In this document: positions 51,802-64,000 of the stretch, piece by piece
How the letters are laid out: each line of letters starts with the position of its first letter
Position numbering within the stretch: position 1 is the stretch's first letter
Notes under the pieces: generated by a model
What the model was told of the DNA's origin: nothing
The model's input: only the letters and a program-made list of their open reading frames with translations
Databases searched by the model: none
From: Kudoa neothunni
Lineage: Eukaryota; Animalia; Cnidaria
Direction: 5' to 3'
Length of the DNA: 64,000 bases
Assembly: GCA_964304625.1 (NCBI GenBank)
Contig: OZ199839.1
Coordinates: forward strand, 2,234,093 to 2,298,092
Position numbers and translations under genes: made by a program

Positions 51802-52783
51802 TAAAGCTTATTAGTCCAGATCCTGTCGAGTAACCATTGCCAAAATTCTCACGCCGAAACATTGTTGGGTTTAATTTCCAATTTCCACTAAAAATATCGC
51901 AAGGTCTCACTTTTAAGAGAATTCAATAAGAACGTAAAATTTTTATTTCATAAAAATAAAATTAAAATAATTTTATTGTGATAATAAAAGAGCGCTAACT
52001 TATTTGAGAATTTATGATATATGCGTTAAATAAATAAACAAACAATGTTTAGAATTAGGAGAACAGCGGCTGTTTTGAAGTCACAAACATACTCATTCGG
52101 ATCTCAAGAAGGAATTCGTTTAGGTCAGAATGTTGCATCTGTGACCTCACGTTGTAATCTAGGCCCCGATTAGGCTGTACTCTCACAGTTGTTTGTGATG
52201 TACCTACAATCTCAGTTCGGTTCAGATTAGATGTGTTAATCGTTGAAGCCATACTGGGTAATAAAGACTTTTCAGGCTCTACAAAACCAACGTCTAATTT
52301 TTAACGGGGTTAGGATTAATAACGTTAATCATCCCCCAAATGTGTTTGTTTATTTGCTTATACTCCCCCCTATCACAGAGATATAAGGCAATAGGTTACA
52401 TTCCAATCGCTGCGACACTTTCAGTCAATTTAGAGTTAGATTGAACTGCTTAAACTACCCATCCAGTTCAAGCCTAATAAGATGCGCCAAAAATACCTAT
52501 CTTGCGAACATAAAATCAACTATAACTTCAATCAGATAATACCACCGCGCTCGATATAATAAAAATTAATTTAATTAATAGCATTTATAAAATACTAAAA
52601 TATATGCAAACAACTGAAGCGTTGAAAAACTGTATTATATTTGTAGCCATGCACAAGCTCCAGAGATGAAAAGTGAATGCTCAAATCGTTAACATAAATT
52701 TGAATCAGTAAACTAATCCGATACTATAATTAAAATAAACGAGATTGTATAATTGTATAGTTAGACGGAGACATAATTCATTC

Positions 52784-54428
52784 TTATTTATCAGAGAGAG
52801 CCTGTAGACCAGGAAGAACTTTACCTGTAAATGAAAATCAAAATTAAAATCGCCACAATCAAACTCAAGTGAATCTACCTTCAAGAAGTTCCATACTGGC
52901 ACCACCCCCAGTAGAAACGTGGCTAACCTTGGAGCTTCCACCAAATTTGACCGATGCAGCAGCGGAATCACCACCACCTAACAATGCACCAGTTACTGCT
53001 AAACTAGTAGAATGAAATTTTTACCAATCACAGAAATAAGATTTTTCTCTTGAGTGTATTTGACGAGGGCATCCAAAACGGCGCGAGTACCATTCTCGAA
53101 TGGTTTCATTTCGAAAACACCCATAGGACTAGTAGCATTAAGTAAGCAATTTATTTCCAATTAAACTGAGGTTAAAATTACCCATTCCAAAGGACCAAAC
53201 TAGCTTTGGAAATGATATCTGTGAATAGTTCACAGGACTTTGGACCAATATCCAATCCCTATTATACGCAGAAAATAGTAGCAATACGTATGAATGAGTC
53301 GGTTTATAAAAAATTTGTATACCATCAAATTATCAGGAATACCCTGTTCCACTGTGGTAACATCAGTCTTGGCATCTTCGCCGAATTTATCAGCAGTGAT
53401 AAAGTCAACTGGTAGATGAATTTTGACTCCCTTTTTGTTGGCTTTCGACAGTAGTTTGTCAATGATTTTTGAACCTTCTTCGTCAAACAACGACTGACCG
53501 ATTTTCATGTCTTTTTGTATTTTCAAAAAGGTATACGACATACCACCACCGATAATCAGCTCGTCGACGATGTCCAACATTTTTTCGATAATTTGAATCT
53601 TATCCTTAACTTTTGCACCTCCCATGATGGCAACAAATGGACGTTCAGGTTTCTCCAGAATATATTGGAAGTATTCCATTTCTTTGGAGAACAACATACC
53701 AGCCACTTTCACTTTGAGGTCGATACCAACGATGGAGCTGTGTGCACGATGAGCAGTTCCAAAAGCGTCATTAACATAAATTTCTCCCAGTTTGGAAAGT
53801 TGCTCTCTGAACGCTTGAATTTTGGCAGTGTCGGGCTTGAATTTTTGTCCATTCTCGTCAACACCTGAACCCTCTTCTTCGGCGTGGAATCGTAGGTTCT
53901 CAAGAAGAATAACATCGCCTTTTTGTAAACAATGTTAAACTCGTATCGTTTACAATCTCACACCAAAATATGTTGATATGATGCCCTACCTGGTTTGGCA
54001 GCTGCACAAGCTTTCTCCACTTCCTCACCAACACAATCATTCAAAAATGTCACAGGTCTTTTAAGGAGTTCACCCAGCGTAACAGAAACTGGTTTCAAGG
54101 AGTATTTGGGAACGACTTTACCGTCTGGACGACCCAAATGACTCATCAATATAACAACACATTCTTTTTCAAGACAGTAGTTGATGGTGGGGAGAGTGGA
54201 AACAATTCTGAACAGTTTAGAGTAATTGGCGAAACAACAACAAATGAGAGAGCGTACCTTGTGGTGTCAGTTATCTGACCATCCTTCATTGGGACGTTGA
54301 AATCAACTCTGCATCATTACATGAGTTTATCAGCCAACGAAAAAATAATCATACCTAATAAGAACTTTCTTTTTGGTAATATCAACATCAATCAGTCTTG
54401 CTTTTGATTCAATGCTAAACGATGCCAT
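52784..54428 (-). CDS. PGK1: Phosphoglycerate kinase, 8 exons
   Basis: [93 protein letters not shown]. Confidence 0.98.
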
Positions 54429-57098
54429 CACGCTCACCAATTCTACGACTATCCACGGATCAATGGGGATCCAACGACGAGACTTACCCTATATCTTATC
54501 AGCTTATAGTTGGTATTTTATATTTTTTTTATTCTCGAATGATATATTTGTTGCTAAAATATTTTTCGACTGAAGTTTTCAGAAGAACAATGTATTTGAA
54601 GAGTTTTATCTATTGTTTTGTGTATGGCTAAGCTAATACATAATCAGATTTTTGACAGATGATGTTTATGTCTTAAGGGAAATTATAATTGTAAGGAACG
54701 TCTCGAATAAATACGACTATTATTTTTACTAATGTATTGAGTTGATTCGCGTAAACAGCCTAAATTAAGACAAACCAATGAATCTAACAAAATCAATTCA
54801 ACTTAAAGATTATTAGAAGGGAATGTGAACGAGATTTACATAAATTTATTTAAATGAATTAGAATAAAATATTAGCTGCTGGTATCGTTTGTTTTTTATT
54901 TCTGCTCATTAAGAAAGGTTGGAAACGTTCTATAAGTAAGTTTTTAAATGTTTAAGATTGTTTTTCTTGTATTTTTTAAGATTTTCGAAGAGAATCGGAA
55001 ATCAGTTGTGCATGGGAATTGTAAAATGAAGATGTTCTAATTAGGGGATGGGAATAATTTAATTTTTGTTGTTGTATCAATGTAAAGAGATGATTCTATC
55101 GTCAATGTATTGTAACATAAGTGCGCACGCGCATGAATATGCACATGGAACATTTTGTAGTGACAGTTTTTGGTTAAAGTTTTGATAAAAAAATATATTT
55201 CAATGAAATATTATTGTTTTAAATTATAAGGTCATTTGAAGTAACAGTGACACCTCATCTTATTGTGTCGCGTGACTATAATGGGGATTATTAGAATATT
55301 TTTATGGATTATAGATAGAGATATGGCTTGCTCGTGAATTTCTTAAGGATAATGAGCCGAATTGGTTTCTATAATTTACTCCTGGATTTTTTGTTGATAC
55401 TTTCAAAATTTTATCATTTTAAATTTGTAAAAGAGTTCTCTTACGCAAAAGTAGAGGTTTCCAATAAATTAACCAATAGCTTTATGATCACTTGACGATA
55501 CAACATACAAGGGATTTTTTGAGTGTTTATTCTCAATTTTTTGCTAAGAAGAAATTTCTAGGAAGGATTTAAGATTATTTTTAATGTATATGAATGATAA
55601 AGATGCAGTTAGGTTGACTACTGTTTGACGTAAAATTCTCTCGATGATTCAGTTGTGAATCCTGTGACTGAACACTTTATAACTTGAACTATTATTTGCA
55701 TTGAGTGATTTATTTTTTAAATATGCAAGGCGAGTTAAAATTTTGGAATCGACCAAAAATTCATAAATATCGAATATTATTAAGTGTATTATAATTTGAG
55801 TTGGATTTTATTAACAACATTAAATTATTCGTCTATTCAAGATTGTAAAACAATGTTTCCACATCTAAATGTATTATTGTTTAGGAACTAGATAATTAAG
55901 TTGTAAAAAAATTTACTAATGGGATGTTTTTAACCGTTTTGTCTGTTTATCGTTGATAAGGCCAATATGGGTTTTTTTTATTGACAGTTATTAATGAATT
56001 ATTAGAGAGTCTCAAAATTACGAGAAATTTCGTTTTCCACATTGATTAAATTCACAAACGATTTATCTGAAAGCTTTAATTATTCTAAAATATTCATATT
56101 TGCTCTTATTATGGGAGATTCTGTTTGTGGTTTGAAGCTTTTAGTTGCTTATTACCATGGAAAACAGTGGGAATAAATATAACCATCCTATAACATAAAT
56201 AATGAAATTATGCATAGAAATGACAAGATATATAAAAGAACGATATTACGTTAATTATTGGTTTAATTTGTTAAAAATTAAAAATTGAAATGATAATTAA
56301 ATATATAAATAATTTAGTTTTTAGGTGTTTTGCATAATAAATTGAATTATTTTCAACTAAAGATTGTATTTTACGACAACTAATAAGTTTTGCGAAATTA
56401 ATATGGTTCATGAATTTTATGTAATTAAAATTAGAAAAATTTTACATGATAATTTGTTTATAAAGTGAATATATTAATATAACATTAAAATTCTTATATA
56501 TAAAAACAACGGAGGTGGAGAAATTTCTGGACACTTAAAACCGTTGTTATGCATTTAATGATGAATTAAAATCTGTATTTTATTATCATTGTTAGTTTAA
56601 ATAATGGAAAATGATAAAAACATAATGTATTATATTTATTGTTAAATAGTGAGTCAAAATTAAAATCTAAAAAAACTATTTATCCTTTAGAACGATTTAT
56701 TTATTTATTTGTTATATAAGGTTTAAGAAATATTTGTATTTGATTCTATTAGAGATACCACTTAGAGAGCGCCAAAACTAACGTTTGCACGGAACGAGTA
56801 AACATACTCAAAACTAAACATTTCGTTTCATTTAAATGATAAAAAATAACCAATATCAAAATTTTTGAGGAATCTATATGACGGATATAAGCAATAAAAT
56901 TAATTTATCATTGAAACTTGCGCACATTGTTCATTCCATGATTTACCAAAAATAAGAGCTACTTGTTTCTCCAGCAAAATGTAAATAGTATATTTTTAAA
57001 AAATTAAGGTCCATTTAACAAAGAACAAATAATGCGATTTATCTGTGTATTAATTAAAAATTTAATTCGAGGATAAACACAGCAACCATTCCAAAGTA

Positions 57099-57828
57099 CA
57101 GTTAGTGACCGATTTTTAGCACGCCTGATTTTACGCGCTTTTTCAAAATTCATTCCACAATTTTAATAATGGAATGAAAAATTAGTATATAATACTTTTT
57201 TACCATATTTGTTAAAGAATTTCAATTTAAATAATATATTTAATTTCGAATATTTCCAAGATTTCGACCACGTGACTGAAGGTTTTACATAATTTGTTCG
57301 CTGCAAATTTAAAAAGATCACTCAAGTTCTATGGTTAAGTAAATGAAATGATAGAGGGATTGAATAAAAGTATAACAATAAAACAATTATGTAGTATCCC
57401 TAGAGAGATGTCAAATCTGTTACCCTGATTCACCACAATAAATCCTCCAATTCCAATCCTAATAACATCTTAAAAAAGGAAACTGAATTTTTAAATGATC
57501 AAAAGAACCAATAAATTATCACACTTTGTTAATTTTCCAAACGGGAATAAAAATATATTTACAAATGAAATAAAAGTCGATGGATCATGCTGGCGCCACT
57601 GGGAAAGATATATTTGAAATTATTTCAACAAAATTTTCTCGTATTAAGGTAACCCATTATTTTAGTTTTAAGTAAAAAATTATTTTTTTCCTCAATTTAT
57701 AAAACAAAATTATATTATATTAAATAACTATGTATATTATAATATCCGTGCGAAACCCAATATATTGGCCAATTTTACAGACCTTTCACACGCTCCCAAA
57801 AGGATTACGTAAAATTCGTTAATTATTG
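57099..57828. mobile_element. Degenerate non-autonomous Tigger/pogo-type element
   Basis: TA|CAGTTAGTGACCGATTTT ... CTCCCAAAAGGATTACGTAAAATTCGTTAATTATTG. Confidence 0.6.
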
Positions 57829-58224
57829 TTAAATAAATATGAAAGGGTCTCATTTTCAAAGAAACACGATATATTTAAATGCGTCACATTAAAGCAATTA
57901 TTATTCATACAGACTGAAGAAAGATTGGATGAGATATAGTTATAGTTATTGAGGTTACTCTTCAAAAATTTCATAATTTTAACTGAATATTTGATACTTG
58001 TAGGATATTTCAAAAAATCTAAATAAATTTAAATATATTGGTCATAATTTAAAAAAATAATTGTTAAGTATAAATTTTTGTCTTAAACTACAAAAATATT
58101 TACCAAGTAAACTTCGTCTTCAAATTTATAAGTCGATGAAAAATTTGATTCCTTATTATGTTCTGTTTATTGTAATAATGTTTAATGTCCGAATTTTCAA
58201 AACACTATCGTAGGTCATATTTAT

Positions 58225-59365
58225 CCTTCTAATGAATTTGGGGTAAATTTTTCCCCCAACGAGAAGTTAATGGTTGCATACGTGATACATTTTCTTGTCA
58301 TTGGATAAAAGTATTTTTCTAATCCTCCAAAAAAGTTAGTAATATATTATTTTAAAATATTCTGACTAAAAACAGAAAATCAGAAAAATTATATCAAATT
58401 TACATTCCAAGGAATTTTCTCACATCGACTCATAGAAAAAATAATAATTATTCATAAATCAAATTTTAGCTTTATCTGATGCATAAATTTGGAGTTATAT
58501 GGTTATTATCTATACTATAGATCACGTGACTTCCTCTTTTGATTTTAACATTGCGATAATTGAGATGGATTTCACCGATACTAATTAAAATGACGAATAA
58601 AATTCTTTTAAAGTGATTCACAATGCTTTACAATTGGCATGTCGTAAGAATTTTACGAGACTGAAAATTTTGAGAATTCAGGTCAATCCACAATCAATAA
58701 CGACCTATAATGGTGTTTTTCCATTTCATGTTTTTATTATTTATAAATGCGTGTTTCATTTACAAAAAAAAATTTGTGAGATAATATGAATTTGAGAAAG
58801 TTTTTGATAATATAGAAAAGTTATTATACCTTTCCATTAATGGAGTGAAACATCCGCGAAGCCCATACTTCTAAGAGCTAGACCTTATCTATTTTGCTAT
58901 AACTCAGCACATCAAATAAATGAACAATATTTTCAAGGTCCGAATGCTGTTTACGGAAAATTGATAGGAAACCCATTACTGCTTGTTTCAGATTGTACGA
59001 AATTGTCGCAAAATTCATTCTGAGTGTTTTCGAATCTTATTCGCATTACATGTTCTATTTCGTTTCGCAAATAATTATTTAAATATTTATTACGTGATAT
59101 AAATATGAAATCTACTCAAACATTAAGCTTTAATCAAAAATTGTCATTGTGGATCCTAACGAATACAGTTTTCGTAGGATTATGAGGATTACTACTTGGA
59201 TGATGGTTGTTTTACAACTGAATCTAGCTCTGGGATTATGTCTGTTTCTATTTTCTGAAATCAAATATTTTTTATGATTCGAATGGAGCAATAAAAAACT
59301 GGGGTAATTTTCTACCCCAAAATTCATCGGAGTGCAGTGCAGTCGATTTTTTGTACATTAGAGGG
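58225..59365 (+). mobile_element. Internally deleted piggyBac element
   Basis: CCTTCTAATGAATTTGGGGTAAA ... TACCCCAAAATTCAT-spacer-CATTAGAGGG; Cys-rich-domain remnant RSECCLRKIDRKPITAC at about 58936-58990. Confidence 0.75.
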
Positions 59366-59757
59366 CTGAATAGATATTTAAGTAAAATAGTTTGTAATGC
59401 TTCTAAGCAGTGAATTCATGAGAGTACCAGTTTTGACCAAAAAATATGTTTAATATTTTTATTGAATCTAAAAATTTTTAATGGAGGAAAAATAGCAAAA
59501 TCTTCATTCGAAAAATACTACTAAACATTTATACATTTAAATTAATGATTTAAGCATAAAAACTAGTGCAATTATTTATCTGAAATGGATAATCACATTA
59601 AATTTTCTATCGAAAAAATATACCTGAACTCCTTTAATTTTAGGATTAACACACTTTAAAAAACTCTCGGGAAGACTTTTTTATACATGTTTATGTAGGA
59701 AAATAAAAATATTTATAGGATATGTTCAAAAAAGTAACAAATAAAAAGATAGAAAAA

Positions 59758-62700
59758 TCAAATAATCAAGTCGGTGTATTTTTTTATTTCCACCATAATC
59801 ACTTGAAGATCGATAAGCTTGACAGTCGATGGATTATCATCGGTGGGCAGGAAAACCGATGCATTATGAATAAAATCAACTATAGTATTGTATGATTGCA
59901 CAAAGCGATTAAGATAACGCTAAAATATAAATCAGCACAAAAATCGATTCAAATAATGTACCTGAATGAGTTTAGCATTGAGGTTAACTCCAAAAAACAA
60001 CACCTTATAACGGTTGACAGTGTTTTTGAGAGTTAGTTTCCAGTTGGAGGAAAATTCATTGACAAATTCTATCACCACTACAAAAAATTATATTTATTCT
60101 AATATAAAAGTAGTGGCTGATTCAATACCTTGCTTAGTCTTGTTTTCCGTCGATGATTTCGAGGGGGTAGCCTCGTCGGAATCACACTCAGGCATTTTTC
60201 GACACTTGCGTATATTATCAATGCAATAAGAAAATTGTTTATCAATATCGATGGAAATAACGTCCTAATATAGAATATCAAACTATAGTGTTACACAACG
60301 GTTGGTGAAAATCTTACATTAACTATAACATCGATATCAGCCGTAATTTCATCAATTATTAATTGTTTGAAAGAGGATGGCGATGTTTTTTCTCTTTTCA
60401 GAGAGAACCCCTCAGGAAATGGCACAGGCATGGCGTTTTGCATCGATTCCATCATATGGTATAGATTGTTTCCAAGAAATATTAGCCTATCAGCTTTGAT
60501 ATGAAATTCGTTCGATACTTTTTCAACATAGCTACGCCATTCTTTGTAAATGCAGGAGATATTGTCTTCCATCTAAAAAATGTTAACTTTATAGAAGGGA
60601 AGATTTAGTATTACCTTTTTAAAAGAGCAATCTCCTTTGACCGCCAGCAAAGTTGACAAAGCATTTCCACATCTACACGTGGTCTAAACGTCGATAATTT
60701 ATCTATTTATTCATCCAAAACAAATCAGCAAGAATTACATCGTTTGGAAGAAGATTGATAATTTGAAAATTATCATTTTCAGCAGATGATGATAGGCTGG
60801 AAAGATTGAAATTTATAACCTCCCCAAAACGAAACCACAACAAATCCAACAGCGAAACCAGATATCTATAGAACAAAACGATCAAATCTTTGTATACGAA
60901 GGTAAAGAAAACAAACTTGGTGCAGACTTTTAGGTCTTTACTTGTTGCTACCACAAAATATCGGGAAGTGATTCCAATACACATGATAAGTCCTACAAAA
61001 TCTAGATGCTGAGCTAAAAATTTATCCATAGAGCCCTAATGTGGATGTGGGGTCAATTCAACAAATTTATTCGACACAACTACTAACCAGAAAATATTGA
61101 AAGCATCTTCCGAATATTGCGTCAAAATAATTCTCCACTTGGGCTGGATTGTTCAATTTGAAAAAGTCATTCATAAAATCAAGCTCATTAAAGCAATTGC
61201 TGAGAATGGCATAAAGAAGACTTCTAAAAATAGTTTCCATAGGAAGCTTCTGTTTGGCGACGATCATGTGAGGAATTAGACTGTCAATGAAGAGCTCTTC
61301 GTTCAACACTTTGTGACGATCATTAACAGAGTACAAATTTTCGCCAATGTCAACTTTGCAAGTAGAGTTTTGGGTGTTTTTGGTCACTAAATTCAATATT
61401 TTTTTCTTGTCATAAATGATTGATACATATAAAATTACTTGGGGTATTAAACGAGGATCCCAATAGTTGATTGATATTTGGTATCAGTGACTACAAAAAG
61501 ATATTCAAAATATTAGGAAAAAAATTAGATGTAAAATTAAACCAAAAGTTCAATATAATATAAAACGGTAAAATTCATAAAATAATTATAGACATGATAT
61601 TATAATCAGAATTAATTTTTTAAGGCGGGATATTTTTTAGCAGCATCTATATCTATTATCTACTTCTACTATATACATAAAGCTGAAGTGTGTGTCCTTG
61701 TGTGTGTCAACATTTTTCCCTTATAGAGAGATATTTATGAAATTTTTTAAAAATCGCAATGTTTCAAAAAATCTTTAAATCGTTTTCACATTACCCAATG
61801 TTCCCGGAAGTGTTTGGAAAACGTTGATTTTGTCGATTCAAGGTTTGTTTATCTGATTACTTAAGTTCAACAATAGGATTAACACCTGCTGATGGTCGGT
61901 TGAAGTTAATTTTCCCCTTTATATGCTCTATCGAATGTTGATTAACTGCTTCCATCTGACTCTTTATATAATGTTGGCGTGTATATTTGGGGGTTTACGC
62001 TTATTCACTCCTTATTTGTGGAGTTTTAACATATATGACTTGATAAATATATTTTAAAAGTTCTATTAATGGCTTAAAATATGAGAAGAAGTCTATGTTT
62101 GCATCATTAATAGCGATTTGATAAGGGATTCTATAATCAGATAGATTGAAGCTTTATAATACAAGCACCATGTCCGTAGATTTTATTGAAGTCACCCGCT
62201 AAGTTTAACTTTCTGTGATTAAATTCAATTCAGGTGGTTGTAATTTTACTTCATCTTATTATTTGAATTATTTATGCTGATATTGACTCGATCTTAAACT
62301 GTTTGTGAGAAATAATATATTAATGTTCATGTCGGCCCCATATTTTAAATGAACGCCGGGATTGGTACAATCCTCCACAGAAATGATCATATTTTAAATT
62401 TCGTTAATCCAAATAGTTGAAAGTATGTCATTTAAAAATTTGTAGTTAACTTTAAACTTCAATATATTTTTTGAATATTATTAAGCAACGTATCTATGCG
62501 AAATCTTCCCCGAGCAACGTTGGGCAGTTCGCGCTAGTATATATAGAATGCGGCAATCAATGAGTTATTTGGTAGGTCTCTGTTATTCATTGTAAACAAA
62601 TTTTGGAGTGATTAATGTGATTAACTATGTTTAAAACAAAATGTAAAAGAATTTTAAACATTTTCTAAATAAAATTGAAATTACACGTGAATCCTAACAT

Positions 62701-64000
62701 GCTCGGCTTAGGATTTTAAAATTATTTTTTGATTCGAATTTTAGTTATTTAATATTATTTTTTATGATGTAAAGAAATATAAATAATTTTGAAAGAGAAA
62801 TCAATTAGTAGTACAAATTGTAGGAAACGACTTTTTTCCGATTGCATGCCGGTGCCGCACCAAGTTCGTATACAGTTACCGTAGTTAGTCTTAAATTGTA
62901 TTTTAATTAACTTATCTTAAATAATTAGACGCAAGAACCTTATTTAATATTTTTAAAAATGAATAAACACTACTGAGCGTTTAAAATTTCCTCCTTAGAG
63001 CTCTTCAAACATCGATTTTCTCCTTGTTGTTAACAGCGATTTCTATATCATACCATATGAATATGATTAATCTTGTTAAACATCAACAAATGAATTTCAT
63101 ATTAATGCTTGGCTAACTAACCTAATATTACCGTCCTTAATTGAACTAATTCAATTACTAAATTACTTTTCCATAATTTTAAGGTAAAATAAACATTATT
63201 GTACGTTTAAAATTAACTTTTTAAAACATTGAAGAAGTCATCCATATGATTGCATAAATCCTCAAATCATACCAATCATACCGCGTGAAAACGTTTTTAG
63301 TCATTTTGTAGGATGCAAATCTTTTATAATTCTTTACGTAGTTTTCTGTTAAAATAAAATTTTACCTTTCCATATGTGCGCTCAAATGGAGCGATATGTC
63401 TCTCTATAAAGAATGAAAAATGCGTACACACACAAGGATTTCCGGTTTGCTTTATATAGTAGAATAATTGGATAAGTGGTGGTTTCGCAAAAAATTTAAT
63501 TGTTTTTTATCATAATTTTAGCAGCTACAAAAATTATCAAATGTTAAGGTACATCCCCTTTTATATTATTTCGTATATTAATGTACAAGTAACCTTTGTT
63601 GATACAAATAATTAAGTATAACAACCAAAATCACAAATATAATAATCTATAGTTAAATCTTTAATACTTTCATATCAATTAAGTTTAAAATATAAATTAT
63701 GATAAAATCGCAAACATATTTTATTATAGATGGAAAATTACAGTGTCCAGTAGACGAGTCAAACTTGAAATGTACGATTTCATCAAGCTGTAATAGAGAT
63801 TTTGCATGATATCCATGTAGCATTTAAGGGTTTCATTTGCAGCCGAAGGGTCGTTGCATTGGAGGAAGTGGTACAGAAAGCTACATGATTTTATCAAACA
63901 TATATTAACAGAAACAACATTATCTATTATCTACTTGTAGGTTAGTAGGGAACTTTGGATGATAGTGTAATTGGTTGTTTGTTTTCTACAATGTTCTATA
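59758..64000 (-). CDS. VPS52: Vacuolar protein sorting 52 (GARP/EARP subunit), 3' portion; 5' end lies beyond the window
   Basis: RKQTTNYTIIQSSLLTYK|FLYHFL...YMDIMQNLYYSLMKSY, LIPHM...LPMETIFRSLLYAILSNCFNELDFMNDFF, LLWFRFGEVINFN, IFLGNNLY, C-term LIDLQVIMVEIKKY; intron of about 2.2 kb at about 61493-63741. Confidence 0.93.
61646..62537 (+). mobile_element. Non-autonomous Helitron in the VPS52 intron
   Basis: A|TCTATATCTATTATCTACTTCTACTATATACATAAAG followed by (TG)n at the 5' end; 3' hairpin CCCGAGCAACGTTGGG then CTAG|T; no TSD. Confidence 0.8.
63421..63464 (-). mobile_element. 5' end of a second, oppositely oriented Helitron
   Basis: Reverse complement TCTACTATATAAAGC...TCCTTGTGTGTGT matches the 5' end at about 61665-61718; 3' end not located. 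Confidence 0.55.

Noticed and set aside
52055-52480. Possible small minus-strand gene downstream of PGK
   Set aside because: The last exon looks plausible, but upstream exons could not be phased and no homology was recognised.
53709-53915. Apparent frameshift in PGK suggested by the ORF track
   Set aside because: The true frame ([12 protein letters not shown]...) is open from the splice acceptor; the listed ORF is an off-frame artefact.
10157-61279. Many short ORFs antisense or off-frame to real genes (e.g. 10157, 10944, 19658, 20295, 26041, 43214, 53515, 61097)
   Set aside because: Shadow ORFs with no independent coding signal.
1-64000. CRISPR arrays, rRNA, prokaryotic operons, alternative genetic code
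   Set aside because: None seen. In-frame stops in real genes are explained by introns, and those in pseudogenes co-occur with frameshifts.

Overview
AT-rich (roughly 27-30% GC by eye) eukaryotic genomic DNA with mostly tiny (about 25-50 nt) GT-AG introns and animal-type housekeeping genes. This fits a compact parasitic metazoan such as a myxozoan, but the taxon is inference only. Splicing by hand recovers poly(A) polymerase, POLR3F/RPC34, ZGPAT (split by a 3.2-kb transposon-filled intron), LAMTOR3, a CPYC glutaredoxin, a divergent HPRT, PAAT/C10orf88, SUMO, PGK, the 3' part of VPS52, and one large orphan gene. Intergenic DNA and long introns are packed with decayed DNA transposons and MITEs (piggyBac, Tigger/pogo, Kolobok-like, Merlin, MULE, hAT, Helitron); no retroelement was recognised. 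The most unusual feature is at 1-2000 (minus strand): a pseudogenised PrimPol/UL52-type primase (AEP motifs I-III plus C-H-C-C zinc finger) that continues into a D5_N-like region. This is a virus-like primase-helicase architecture, yet it carries host-type spliceosomal introns. An NRF1-like palindrome (YGCGCATGCGCR variants) sits just upstream of most genes and also inside many MITEs.
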